From a virus (Duplodnaviria; Caudoviricetes): DNA of 48,662 nt. The notes beneath the pieces are model-generated. The model saw only the letters and a program-made list of their open reading frames with translations. It was not told where the DNA came from and made no database searches. The DNA lies in IMG/VR virus record IMGVR_UViG_3300044724_004748, positions 1 through 48,662 of that record; one strand, written 5' to 3'. The translations under genes and the position numbers were made by a program. Each line of letters begins with the position of its first letter. Within the stretch, counting starts at the first letter, position 1. This document shows, piece by piece, positions 26,550-36,031 of the stretch.

Positions 26550-28052
26550 CTATAGTGCGGATTCGCTAGGAACTCTTGATGCAGGAGCTTCAATATTATC
26601 AGTACCCTGCACAGTACCAGCAGGAACAAACCCGCCGACCTCAGGACTAAACTCGGCAACATCCTGACTAAACGCAGCAGACCTCTGGGCATCCAACGAG
26701 TCACCAACACCTGCCCCGGGAGCGCCGCCGCCAGGAGCAATACTAGTCGGAACTGCACCGCCCTCAGCCGCAGCCGCTTCCTCCTGCTCAGCAGCAATCT
26801 CCTCCTGCGTCTTCTCAGTATTCGCAATCGGCGTCTGATTCGGGTTAGCCAACAACGAATCAGCAATATCGCCATCAACACGCTTACGGCCCACCGAATG
26901 ACGATACTCATTCACACTAATTAGACCCTGCTGGAACTCTGACAAATGATGCATCGCCCGCTCCTGACTAGCCAAAACCAACGTGGGAACATTGCCGGTA
27001 TCGAAATCAATGTAGTAAGTAGGATCAATCTTATCGAACGATCGTGCAATCAAGTCCAAGTGTGGAGACATGGTTTCCATCCAGAAAACCTTACCCTCTT
27101 CAGAAGCGTTAGCGAAAGTACGGTTAGAAGAGTTACCGATAATCGACTCAGGCACACCAAATGCTGCCAAAATCTCTTCTTTCGTAATAGTACGCATCTG
27201 AATGTAAGCAGCATCACGTGGACTAGCAGCGGTATCAACGAAATCTGCTCCATCATCCGCAGAAATAACGCCTACAGCGCCCGCTCTACCGATATTGCCA
27301 CGGAAACGGGAACGTAGCTCTTCTTTGTCCTCGTCAGCGATCTCGCTACGCAGAACAAGTAGACCGCCGGGACGACCGTCGTTAATCAAGAAGTTCCTGT
27401 TATACATTTTAGCCAAACTTTCGACTTCGATAGCAACACCAGAAGCTTCCATTGGAGTCATCGACAAATAAGGATCTAGAGGGTGTGGACGACGAATCCA
27501 AATAACATTCTCTGGACGCAGCGTTCGCTTCTCGTGCGCACTAATCTTAACTTCAAACCCTTTAACAAACTTCTGAACATCAGGAATAGGTGAAGTGTTC
27601 TGAGGCGGTAGCAAATGAAGCGCAATGGGCACACCACCTCTACCTCGTACAATCTCAACAAAAACGCCACGACTGCTCATCAGCAGCTGCGCAGACAAGC
27701 GGTATCTAAACGCAAACGAATTCTCGCCCTGGTTGGCAGTATTGTTGAAAATTTTCAACAAATCGGCATCTTCGATAATCTCACCAAACGGATTATTATC
27801 CTTACGCAAAATCATGGGAAGGCGGGCCTGATTTGAAGCAATAACATCAATGCTTCTAAACACCCAAGTAACCTTAGCGACACCTTCTTTGTAAGCCTTG
27901 ACAATATCCCAACCATCATGATAACCACGATTATCCGCAAGAGACGGACTGTACGAAACCGGGGCACCAACAGAAATGGGGGCAGCCTTCTGCTCCACCG
28001 GATTCATAGCAATATTGCGAAGTGATTTGTTAGATGTGGAATTCCATGCCAT
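26550..28052 (-). CDS. Portal protein, HK97 family
   Basis: VFRSIDVIASNQARLP, NFLINDGRPGGLL, EEILAAFGVPESIIG, GLISVNEYR. Confidence 0.93.
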   Translation of the reverse strand: MAWNSTSNKSLRNIAMNPVEQKAAPISVGAPVSYSPSLADNRGYHDGWDIVKAYKEGVAKVTWVFRSIDVIASNQARLPMILRKDNNPFGEIIEDADLLKIFNNTANQGENSFAFRYRLSAQLLMSSRGVFVEIVRGRGGVPIALHLLPPQNTSPIPDVQKFVKGFEVKISAHEKRTLRPENVIWIRRPHPLDPYLSMTPMEASGVAIEVESLAKMYNRNFLINDGRPGGLLVLRSEIADEDKEELRSRFRGNIGRAGAVGVISADDGADFVDTAASPRDAAYIQMRTITKEEILAAFGVPESIIGNSSNRTFANASEEGKVFWMETMSPHLDLIARSFDKIDPTYYIDFDTGNVPTLVLASQERAMHHLSEFQQGLISVNEYRHSVGRKRVDGDIADSLLANPNQTPIANTEKTQEEIAAEQEEAAAAEGGAVPTSIAPGGGAPGAGVGDSLDAQRSAAFSQDVAEFSPEVGGFVPAGTVQGTDNIEAPASRVPSESAL

Positions 28053-28210
28053 TATTCAGCCCCTAAGAGATATCCATAAATACCGCACGCAAGGCCAGCA
28101 CTTGCCAAACCCCACCCTAAACTTAGTATACTAAGACCAAGCCCAATAAGAATTACAGAAAGACACATAAGTAGATGGGCGCACGTTGATCGACTAAAAA
28201 AATTCATCAT
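28052..28210 (-). CDS. Small two-TM membrane protein upstream of portal (52 aa)
   Basis: Below the ORF-track cutoff: MMNFFSRSTCAHLLMCLSVILIGLGLSILSLGWGLASAGLACGIYGYLLGAE. TAATG overlap with portal. Promoter TTGAAT-17-TAAAGT-6nt-ATG. Confidence 0.75.
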   Translation of the reverse strand: MMNFFSRSTCAHLLMCLSVILIGLGLSILSLGWGLASAGLACGIYGYLLGAE

Positions 28211-28251
28211 GTTTATACTTTACCGGTAAATAGTCAAGGATTCAAGCACAT

Positions 28252-29568
28252 ATGTCTAACGAGACTCCAGACTGGAACAAAATTCGGCAATACTTAGAAC
28301 CGAAACGTTCCGAATATTGGATCGAAGAACCGTCGATCACACAAAAAGTCTTCCTAAAAAGCACCGCACAAGAAGTGCTCTTTGGTGGAGCAGCAGGCGG
28401 CGGCAAATCCAGCGCCCTCATCATGGCTGCCCTACAGTACGTCGATGTTCCCGGTTACAGCGCAATCCTGTTTAGGCGAACATACGCCGACCTTGCACTA
28501 CCCGGTGCTCTCATGGACCGCTTCAGAGACTGGACCATGCAATACGACGACGTTCACTGGAACGCCAACAGCTACACAGCCACGTTCCCTAGCGGAGCCA
28601 GAATAACATTCGGTTACCTCAACAACGTCAACGACTACCTCAGATACAAGGGTTCCGAATTCCAATTCATCGGAATGGACGAGGTGACAGAAATCAGAGA
28701 GTCTGACTACCGTTACATGTTCTCCCGCCTTCGACGCCCAGCATCAGGCCCCCTAGCTCAAGTCCCATTAAGAATGCGCGCAGCAACAAACCCTGCGCCT
28801 AACTGGGTACGGCAACGATTCCTTGTTGAAGGAAAAGACCGCGGAAGAATCTTTATCCCTTCCATGCTAACCGATAACCCCGGCATTGACCCAGCCTCTT
28901 ACCGAGCAGTTCTTCAAGAGCTAGACCCTATTGAAAGAAAACGTCTTGAGTTCGGTGACTGGTGGTCAACCGCCCTAGGATCACTTTTCAATCGAGAAAG
29001 TTTTGAGGTCATAGACGATAGCGAGATCCCTTCGTTCTCTAACGATACACAAATCGTCAGATTCTGGGACTTAGCTGGCTCAGAACCAACACAGTCAAAC
29101 CCGGACCCTGACTGGACAGTAGGCTGTCTCGGAGCGTTCGACAACGGCGTGTTCTACATCTTGGACGTTCGCCGGATCAGAGCTAAAGGCGATAAAGTAG
29201 AAAAGTTTATTCGAGCCACGGCTGCAGAAGACGGTCCAGAAATTCCAATCATGATGGAGCAAGAGCCAGGGTCTGCAGGTAAAAACCTTATTGACCAATA
29301 CGCTCGATATGTGCTCCCAGGCTACAACTTTACAGGCCAGCGAGCTACCGGCGATAAAGCAACAAGAGCAAAGCCGCTTTCAGCCGCTGTTGCAAACGGC
29401 AACGTTCGCCTAATCCGGGCATCATGGAACACAGACTTCCTAGACGAAATATCGTCGTTCCCTGAAGCACGTGTGCACGACGACCAAGTTGACGCAACAG
29501 TCCATGCTTTCAACTATTGTGCTGGACTTGGAATGGGTCTCCGCAAAAAGATCGAGATTATAATCTGA
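28252..29568 (+). CDS. terL: Terminase large subunit
   Basis: Walker A FGGAAGGGKS, Walker B FIGMDE, ATNP coupling motif, nuclease WDLA...DWTVG...HDDQVDA. Confidence 0.95.
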   Translation: MSNETPDWNKIRQYLEPKRSEYWIEEPSITQKVFLKSTAQEVLFGGAAGGGKSSALIMAALQYVDVPGYSAILFRRTYADLALPGALMDRFRDWTMQYDDVHWNANSYTATFPSGARITFGYLNNVNDYLRYKGSEFQFIGMDEVTEIRESDYRYMFSRLRRPASGPLAQVPLRMRAATNPAPNWVRQRFLVEGKDRGRIFIPSMLTDNPGIDPASYRAVLQELDPIERKRLEFGDWWSTALGSLFNRESFEVIDDSEIPSFSNDTQIVRFWDLAGSEPTQSNPDPDWTVGCLGAFDNGVFYILDVRRIRAKGDKVEKFIRATAAEDGPEIPIMMEQEPGSAGKNLIDQYARYVLPGYNFTGQRATGDKATRAKPLSAAVANGNVRLIRASWNTDFLDEISSFPEARVHDDQVDATVHAFNYCAGLGMGLRKKIEIII

Positions 29569-30513
29569 TTACGCATCTCGGATAGCGTTAAAGACATTGA
29601 CTTTAAGCCTGTGACTGTAATTGTCTAGCTCCAAAGAATGCTGCGCTGCTTCAATCGGCGGAATGTCTCTATGGAAATCAATGTATTCCATAATAGCATT
29701 ATATGCCGCCCATTTCGTGTCACCAAATCTGCCCAGGTTATGCGGCTGGCGATAAATCGTTTTGATTCTTTCATGAACATCTTCAGCATTAGAACGCTTC
29801 TTAGCGGAAGAAGCACCTTGCGTTGACCAGAACGTTTCCATAACTTTGAAAAGTTTATCAGGAGACATGTGAGAAGATGTAAAGTCGCTGATGATGAGAT
29901 CAAACTTCTCCGACCATATCTGACGCATAGTAAGAGCCTCTGTAGCATCCATAGGATCAATCGTCTCATTAGGGGTGTGGCGCTTACGTAAACTGAAATC
30001 AGCATCCGTTGAAAAACGATACACAGAATTAGTTTCCGCACGAACATCCAGATTGTAGTAGCACACCGGCATGCTTCCATCGTGGGAAGTGATAACAACA
30101 ATATAGTTATCAATCGCATCTTCACCCATGGTAGAAAGAATGTTCGTGCTGCTGTGCTTAACAGCTACAAAAAACTTACGGCCTTCTTCAAGCACACCAC
30201 AGCTATGCAAAGATGCTGCGCCGTTTGCTTTAGACACGATATCTCTAGCTCTGTCCAAAATACTAGAGTTAGGTACAACCGAGTACCGTTCCTTCACGAC
30301 TTCCCACATGATGCGGTGAGTCTGATCCAAGCTAACTCGGTTAATAATAAAGCGGTTAGGGAACGTAGCGATCTTGCCCATAACATCGTCATGCATCAAG
30401 ACAGGACTTAATGTGACAGTGTAATCGCCTTTGGACTTGAGTAAAATTTCGTTATTAGACTGCTCTGAAGAGACGCGGGTCCCCAAGTCAAGCCATGACT
30501 TATCGCTCATCAC
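29569..30513 (-). CDS. DUF932-family protein
   Basis: VVKERYSVVPN, GVLEEGRKFF, NYIVVITSHDGS, RHT, TKWAAYNAIMEYIDF. Confidence 0.8.
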   Translation of the reverse strand: MMSDKSWLDLGTRVSSEQSNNEILLKSKGDYTVTLSPVLMHDDVMGKIATFPNRFIINRVSLDQTHRIMWEVVKERYSVVPNSSILDRARDIVSKANGAASLHSCGVLEEGRKFFVAVKHSSTNILSTMGEDAIDNYIVVITSHDGSMPVCYYNLDVRAETNSVYRFSTDADFSLRKRHTPNETIDPMDATEALTMRQIWSEKFDLIISDFTSSHMSPDKLFKVMETFWSTQGASSAKKRSNAEDVHERIKTIYRQPHNLGRFGDTKWAAYNAIMEYIDFHRDIPPIEAAQHSLELDNYSHRLKVNVFNAIRDA

Positions 30514-30835
30514 CGGACCCCTGAATCATGTTCCGATCGTATCGGTCCAAAAGCTTCTCAATATTTTCTTTAGCAATATCGTTGAGATCAATACCAAGCT
30601 CCCAGGCAAGCACAGCAGCATACCAAAGCACATCACCAATTTCTTTACTGATAGCAGAGCGGAAAACTGAATCAGTATAGTCCCCGTCGCTGTCTCTAAT
30701 GTGCTTCTTCACCTTGTCAGCAACTTCACCTGCTTCGCTAGCAAGACCAAGAGTCAGATACTCAACCGCTGATTCCTTCGGATAAATAGCGGTTGTCTTA
30801 GCACCGACCTGATACGCATTAAATTCCATTCCCAT
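30500..30835 (-). CDS. MazG-like nucleoside triphosphate pyrophosphohydrolase
   Basis: FNAYQ...LGLASEAGEVADKVKK...KEIGDVLWY...NIEKL..R..R..IQGSGD. Confidence 0.9.
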   Translation of the reverse strand: MGMEFNAYQVGAKTTAIYPKESAVEYLTLGLASEAGEVADKVKKHIRDSDGDYTDSVFRSAISKEIGDVLWYAAVLAWELGIDLNDIAKENIEKLLDRYDRNMIQGSGDER

Positions 30836-30846
30836 TCTATCTCCTA

Positions 30847-31374
30847 TCACAATGACTCGGGGTCACCCGTGGGACGCTCAATCTGGACACTTTCACCAGT
30901 CGCTGATTCAATCGGCACCCATGCAGGAGAGTACTTGTGTTCTTTAACCTTACGCATTTTGATTAACGAACCCTCCATCAGCAGCATAAACTCTTCATCT
31001 TCTAAACCTAACTGCTCTTGAAAGTCTTCAGGGTCAACGTCGTTGTCAAAAAATATCTCCCGTAAAAGCTCGGACAAGAACTTATTTACGACAATGCCTC
31101 GGTTTCGATTCATATTAACGTGGAGTAGCGCGGCTTCAACATCATCCACATCGACTGTTACAATAGGAATTTCTTGCAAGTCTAGGAGCTTAGCAGCCTT
31201 CCAACGATGTAAACCATCAATAATACATGCAGTAGACTTTTGACATACGATGGGCTGAAGAATCCCAAACTTTTCAATAGACGCTGTAAGCTTTCTGAAA
31301 TCCGGTGCAACAACATAGTTTACCGAACCCCAAAAAGCTGGCTGTATTCTGTCGGGAGTAACTGAAATATACAT
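30847..31374 (-). CDS. ParB-like N-terminal domain protein (IbrB-like)
   Basis: LTASIEKFGILQPIV...IIDGLHRW...VNMNRNRG. Adjacent to the IbrA-like gene. Confidence 0.8.
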   Translation of the reverse strand: MYISVTPDRIQPAFWGSVNYVVAPDFRKLTASIEKFGILQPIVCQKSTACIIDGLHRWKAAKLLDLQEIPIVTVDVDDVEAALLHVNMNRNRGIVVNKFLSELLREIFFDNDVDPEDFQEQLGLEDEEFMLLMEGSLIKMRKVKEHKYSPAWVPIESATGESVQIERPTGDPESL

Positions 31375-31378
31375 GTGC

Positions 31379-32548
31379 TTAACTTAACCTAAAATCGTCT
31401 TGCAAGTCAAGACTGTCGGCATCAGTCATGTCTTGATAGAAAGCCTTCATCCTTTTCTTATGTGCAATTGTTTGTGGCCCGACAGGTGACGGGTTGCCGA
31501 CAACAGAATTGAGTAGCAAAGTTCTTACTAAGTGATCAATCGGGTAAGCAAAAGGATCTTTGTTGTGTGACGTTCTAAACTTGTCGGCAAAAGCAAACGC
31601 TAGACGCCGATAGTCAACGTCACCAAAATGCGTTTCAATGCACTCTTTAACACCATCCCAACCATCTGCGGCAAACTGATCAACAACTGCCTCAATGTCA
31701 TACTCACCCCAAAGTTGACGCTGAGTATCTATTTGAGGAAATGCCTCAACTAGGCGATCATAGAACTCTGGCTCAGTTTTAACTACGTCAGTCAGTCTTC
31801 TGGCTGCCGTAGAAAACAAAGGCGTACCGACCCGCTGATTTGCGCCGCCCAACATAGCGTAATCATAGTACTTACAGTATGACGCCCCGTGTTCTTCAGT
31901 GATAAACTTCAGAACATCATCAGAAGTCCAATCGTAAATAACTTTCGCAAACCTTAAAGGGATGGCCTTAGGCAATCCTTGGGGGCGGTTGATGTAGTTT
32001 TCGTGAAGCTTCTGAGTGACCGACCGATACCTAATCATTGACTCATTCGCTCTGACCCCTGTAATGAAAGCTGTACGGCCACGTTTTCCCTGCATTGTGT
32101 ATTCATCTATCCGTTTGGGAAGAGGTAGATTTCCAGACAATCCAAAGTGTTCGGCTCGAATACAGTTCGGCGGGAAGTCTCGGACCAGCATACCGCACTC
32201 TTCCCGAAACGCCGACCACAGTAAAACCAGTTCACGAGTACCCATGTACCAAACTTCTTGCAACTGTGGAAGACAGTACCACTCCATGTCAACCCAGTCA
32301 TAGTTACTTACTTCAGTAACAAACTCTTCTGCTGCAGGCGAAATGATTTCTTCATCACGGAAAATCGCTTTCACAGGGCCAAGCCCGCGCTCTTCGTGAA
32401 CTTCTTTCGCAAGATACAACGCAGCAGTGCTATCTTTACCGCCACTAAACTGAACACAAACCGTGTCAAAAATATCGTAGACGTGACGAATCCGCTGCCT
32501 AGCAGCCTCCACACAGTTTATGTCCAAATACATTTGCTTACGCGGCAC
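31379..32548 (-). CDS. PAPS-reductase-family PP-loop protein (IbrA/DUF3440-like)
   Basis: EAARQRI...FSGGKDS, FRDEE, W.CLP, GVRANESMIR, IYDWTSDDV, QRV. Confidence 0.85.
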   Translation of the reverse strand: MPRKQMYLDINCVEAARQRIRHVYDIFDTVCVQFSGGKDSTAALYLAKEVHEERGLGPVKAIFRDEEIISPAAEEFVTEVSNYDWVDMEWYCLPQLQEVWYMGTRELVLLWSAFREECGMLVRDFPPNCIRAEHFGLSGNLPLPKRIDEYTMQGKRGRTAFITGVRANESMIRYRSVTQKLHENYINRPQGLPKAIPLRFAKVIYDWTSDDVLKFITEEHGASYCKYYDYAMLGGANQRVGTPLFSTAARRLTDVVKTEPEFYDRLVEAFPQIDTQRQLWGEYDIEAVVDQFAADGWDGVKECIETHFGDVDYRRLAFAFADKFRTSHNKDPFAYPIDHLVRTLLLNSVVGNPSPVGPQTIAHKKRMKAFYQDMTDADSLDLQDDFRLS

Positions 32549-32553
32549 GAGAC

Positions 32554-33336
32554 TTACTCCAGATGCTGGTCAAAGAAATCAAACAAAAGCTCCGTCGTTG
32601 TAGCCCCTTCGTAAACAGGACTCTCCTTCAACTTGTGAAGAATGCGGTACCAGCCCGCCTGTTGATCGGAGTTCTCGAAAACAAGAGTAAACTGAATAGC
32701 AACGTTCTTGCTGCCAGCAGCGCCGACTGTGGTGCTTCCTTGAGTCACAATCGTATCAGTACTTACACCTTCAGGGTTAAACGTCTGAGTCGGAGCGTCA
32801 TCTTTGCCATCGCTTACAAAAGCAGGCAAGTTGTTTTCTTCAGGAATCCTGTTTACCGTAATCTGTGGAGCAGTCCAACCATCGTTCGGAGCGCTTGAAA
32901 CCTCCGAAGAAATCACATTGTTTTCGATCGTGGCAATTGAGAAATCGTCCCAACCAAGAGTGCTGTAAAAATCTTCGTCCAAACTAACAGCATCCGATAG
33001 CAAGTCGATAAGAGCGCTTTCATCAGTCTCACCAAGCTCGGAAATCCGGTTGTCAGCCAACGAGAAAGCGAGAGCGTCTTCTGAATCTAAATCAACGATG
33101 GACACAGCAATTTCTTGCCAACCCAAACGCTTAGCGGCCTCTAGCTGATGATTGCCTGCGATAACTAAGAGCTTGTCGTTATCTTCCACTGCCACAATTG
33201 GCTTTACTTGTCCAAACTTGTTGTATGAAGCCATGATTGCTTCAACGTTGCCACGGCGTGCGTTGACCTCAAGAGGCTTAAGCAGCTCAATGTCTACAGC
33301 TAGGGACTGAATGTTTGAAGCGATGTTATGGATCAT
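32554..33336 (-). CDS. ParB-like N-terminal domain protein
   Basis: NARRGNVEAIMASYNKFGQVKPIV...VIAGNHQLEAAKRLGW...LADNR. Start 33336 gives an ATGA overlap. Confidence 0.85.
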   Translation of the reverse strand: MIHNIASNIQSLAVDIELLKPLEVNARRGNVEAIMASYNKFGQVKPIVAVEDNDKLLVIAGNHQLEAAKRLGWQEIAVSIVDLDSEDALAFSLADNRISELGETDESALIDLLSDAVSLDEDFYSTLGWDDFSIATIENNVISSEVSSAPNDGWTAPQITVNRIPEENNLPAFVSDGKDDAPTQTFNPEGVSTDTIVTQGSTTVGAAGSKNVAIQFTLVFENSDQQAGWYRILHKLKESPVYEGATTTELLFDFFDQHLE

Positions 33337-33956
33337 GACGGCGCATACCCCATAACTGCACACTGCCACCACCAGTACCCGACGGTAGGCCAACGCATGT
33401 TTGTTCGGGAGTCATACCAATCATGACGGTTGCCGGGGAGGTCACGTTCAATGTAAGGAGAGTACACCTGCACATTATCAAAATGTGTGCCCATAACCAG
33501 TTCTAACCGCTCTTCATAGCAGTTCCAATGATGTGCTGCACCATCCCACCACTCCGGCGGAGTCTTAGTGAGATACTGGCCGTCGTCAGACATGTGATAG
33601 ATTTGCGAATCAACGTCCTGATGCTCCATAGTGGAAACAACCATGTCCCAAGGCTCTAGTTTCTCAGCCCAACGCTTAATGCACTTATGAACATCAGGAC
33701 CAACCGCAAGAACAGGAGCACCCGGCTTAGCGATACGGACCATATCTGTCAAAAAAACACCAAGCTTTGGCCACGCAATATGCTCAAGAACATGGCCGAG
33801 ATAGATCGCATCAAATGTGTCATCCTCAAACGGATACGGCTCATCCATATTTACCAATACATCAGGCGTGGTAGAGTGATCTTCCCACACATCTGTGTTG
33901 ACCCACCCGTCGATGTAGTGAGTACCACACCCCACATTAAGTAGCTGCTTTTCCAT
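33333..33956 (-). CDS. Class I SAM-dependent methyltransferase (small-molecule/glycan type)
   Basis: LLNVGCG motif I, PFEDDTFDAIYLGHVLEH, KPGA. Confidence 0.85.
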   Translation of the reverse strand: MEKQLLNVGCGTHYIDGWVNTDVWEDHSTTPDVLVNMDEPYPFEDDTFDAIYLGHVLEHIAWPKLGVFLTDMVRIAKPGAPVLAVGPDVHKCIKRWAEKLEPWDMVVSTMEHQDVDSQIYHMSDDGQYLTKTPPEWWDGAAHHWNCYEERLELVMGTHFDNVQVYSPYIERDLPGNRHDWYDSRTNMRWPTVGYWWWQCAVMGYAPS

Positions 33957-33965
33957 ATCGTTCTC

Positions 33966-34316
33966 CTAAAACTTGACTTGTGATCGGACATTTGCTGCAA
34001 TAGTGCGCAAGGCATCGCAGGCAGTTCGTAGCGAATGAAGACGTTCACGCTTTGCCTTAACCAAGGCTTCAGCGATCATTGAATCGTACTGAAGATCACT
34101 TGTCTTGTAACCCGCCCAGCTTTCTTTCTGCTTAACAGCGCCTTCCGCTGCTAGGTACTCCTTATACCAAGCACTCTTGTAAGACGCTTCTTTTTGGGCA
34201 TGATCCTTACACAGGATCTCAAACGCTTCAGTTTCTTGCTCAATTTCACCAATCAAACGGACAAGCTCAGACTCAACTTCAACTTGACTGATTGGCGCAG
34301 TTCTCGTACTATTCAT
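33966..34316 (-). CDS. Coiled-coil hypothetical protein (leaderless)
   Basis: TTGACG-17-TAGAAT-6nt-ATG; helical 116-aa ORF. Confidence 0.65.
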   Translation of the reverse strand: MNSTRTAPISQVEVESELVRLIGEIEQETEAFEILCKDHAQKEASYKSAWYKEYLAAEGAVKQKESWAGYKTSDLQYDSMIAEALVKAKRERLHSLRTACDALRTIAANVRSQVKF

Positions 34317-34325
34317 GTCGCTATT

Positions 34326-34706
34326 CTATCCGTTTCCATTCATCTCGTCAATAATAGACTGCAGTCGTTCAACTTCGCTAACCCAATCAACTTTCACTCC
34401 CGAAACGCCACGTTCCAGCAAATCGTCTAAATGCTCTCTACCTAGCTCGTCTTCAAGCCACCTTGCCCAAACCAGTGGGTTTTTAGACTGCTTCCAATGG
34501 CACGACGCACACAACGCAACCGCATTCTTTTCATCAGTCCTAGTAGCCGAGATAGATCGACTGATTATATGAGCACACTGTATTTGCTTGCCGTCATCTT
34601 TGTGAACTCCACACCAGCGGCAACGGAATCCATCACGAGTTCTTACAAGCAAACTGTGTAGCTTTGTGGCTTTAGCTTTAGCCGCTGTCCCGTAATTGGC
34701 AGCCAT
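34326..34706 (-). CDS. NinG/Rap-like HNH recombination endonuclease
   Basis: VRTRDGFRCRWCG...QCAHIISR...TRTDEKNAVALCASCH. ATG at 34706. Confidence 0.75.
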   Translation of the reverse strand: MAANYGTAAKAKATKLHSLLVRTRDGFRCRWCGVHKDDGKQIQCAHIISRSISATRTDEKNAVALCASCHWKQSKNPLVWARWLEDELGREHLDDLLERGVSGVKVDWVSEVERLQSIIDEMNGNG

Positions 34707-34707
34707 C

Positions 34708-35607
34708 TCACAACGGAATATTTTGATTGATTGGGAAGAACCACCCACCGCCATCATACTGATGCCCTTGTGGCATATCGGGACGATGATTCACGCCTGA
34801 ATAATGAAGAATCGCTGTTTCTCGCCACAAGTCAGGATTGTTTGGGATGGAGCCACGATGCATCAAGCGGGCATGCCAAATCAACACATCACCCTTCTTG
34901 GCGATAAACTTTTCAGTCGAAAGATTGCCACGATCTAAAATGTCTTCAAACATGGGAGTAAGGAAGCGCTCCGAGTACTTAGGCCAGTTAGGATCGTCTC
35001 GCTCATGCGGCTCTAACCTAGCCTTTGTCGCATCTTGGGTAATGACCGGAAGAACATGACTGCCCGGAACATACTCAAATGGGCCAGCGTCCTCGTGCAC
35101 ATCATCCAACGCAACCCACACGGCCAAGTAATGATCCTTATTGGAGTCAGGATTCAAATACCCATCCTGATGCCAGTTCCTCTCTGTGGACTTCCAACCA
35201 GTCAAGTTCAAATGAATACCCATCTGATCGCCAATAAGATGCTCAAGGATATTATGCAACGGGGCGTAAGTGGCGATGTTCATTAGGCTTTCCACCTGAA
35301 AGTAAGCACACTCGCCAGGGTAACCCAAAGGACGGTCGTGGTTGACACGATTATGTTGAATCCAGTCTTGACGGTATGCTTCAATCATGTCGTCAGGAAT
35401 CAACGAGTCAACAATTACAACACCGTTCTGACGCCACCCCTTCTGAATATTAGACAGGAACACTTCATTAACGTCCTCTCTATCTAGAAATGGAAGATCA
35501 CTATCAGAGAACCCTCCAGCTAGGCTGTTAATTTCGTCTAGTAGATCTGGATGCTCAGTTAGTGCTGAACCAATAAGGTTCTGCAGGAGTTCCGTTTTTC
35601 CAGGCAT
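34708..35607 (-). CDS. Phytanoyl-CoA dioxygenase (PhyH)-family 2OG-Fe(II) oxygenase
   Basis: WHQD, VWVALDDV...GPFEYVPGSH, KKGDVLIWHARLMHRGS..N...R. Confidence 0.9.
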   Translation of the reverse strand: MPGKTELLQNLIGSALTEHPDLLDEINSLAGGFSDSDLPFLDREDVNEVFLSNIQKGWRQNGVVIVDSLIPDDMIEAYRQDWIQHNRVNHDRPLGYPGECAYFQVESLMNIATYAPLHNILEHLIGDQMGIHLNLTGWKSTERNWHQDGYLNPDSNKDHYLAVWVALDDVHEDAGPFEYVPGSHVLPVITQDATKARLEPHERDDPNWPKYSERFLTPMFEDILDRGNLSTEKFIAKKGDVLIWHARLMHRGSIPNNPDLWRETAILHYSGVNHRPDMPQGHQYDGGGWFFPINQNIPL

Positions 35608-36031
35608 TTCTTACCCTTTCCGCTTCGAGGAAATGCGACATTTTGTTTGATGTGCTTTTTAAATGAAGGCCAAGCATTTCAGAAATTAAAGGTTCTGTAG
35701 TTATTCTACTGTGACATGGCCTGCACACAGCCAGTAGATTCTCATACTCCAAGATGCTTCCGCCTTGTGACCTATTCACAAGTTCGTGAATGTCTTTACT
35801 TTTATTATGCTTAACGAAAAGAGAATCACTATTGCCGGTCTGGTAATCGTAAGAAGCCCACACCAAACAAGCTTCACAATGCGGGCGTTCAGATAGAAGT
35901 TGCTGAACAACGCTTCGACGGCCCACATACTTTTCCGACATCTTATCCGAACGCTTCTTTAAAGGAGTTCTCTTCAACTGGCTACTGCCACGCTTCAACG
36001 GCGTTTTCTTTAGAGGCTTACCTCGCTTCAT
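35555..36031 (-). CDS. HNH endonuclease
   Basis: Basic KTPLKR N-terminus, CEAC...DIHELVNRSQGG...NLLAVCRPCH. Confidence 0.8.
   Translation of the reverse strand: MKRGKPLKKTPLKRGSSQLKRTPLKKRSDKMSEKYVGRRSVVQQLLSERPHCEACLVWASYDYQTGNSDSLFVKHNKSKDIHELVNRSQGGSILEYENLLAVCRPCHSRITTEPLISEMLGLHLKSTSNKMSHFLEAERVRNAWKNGTPAEPYWFSTN

Noticed and set aside
26468-26552. CGCCCTGA/TCGGGGCG hairpin and twin TTATATAAACT boxes upstream of the protease gene as a phage-specific late promoter
   Set aside because: I did not find the motif again upstream of the capsid or other structural genes, and an ordinary TAnnnT box (TAACAT) suffices.
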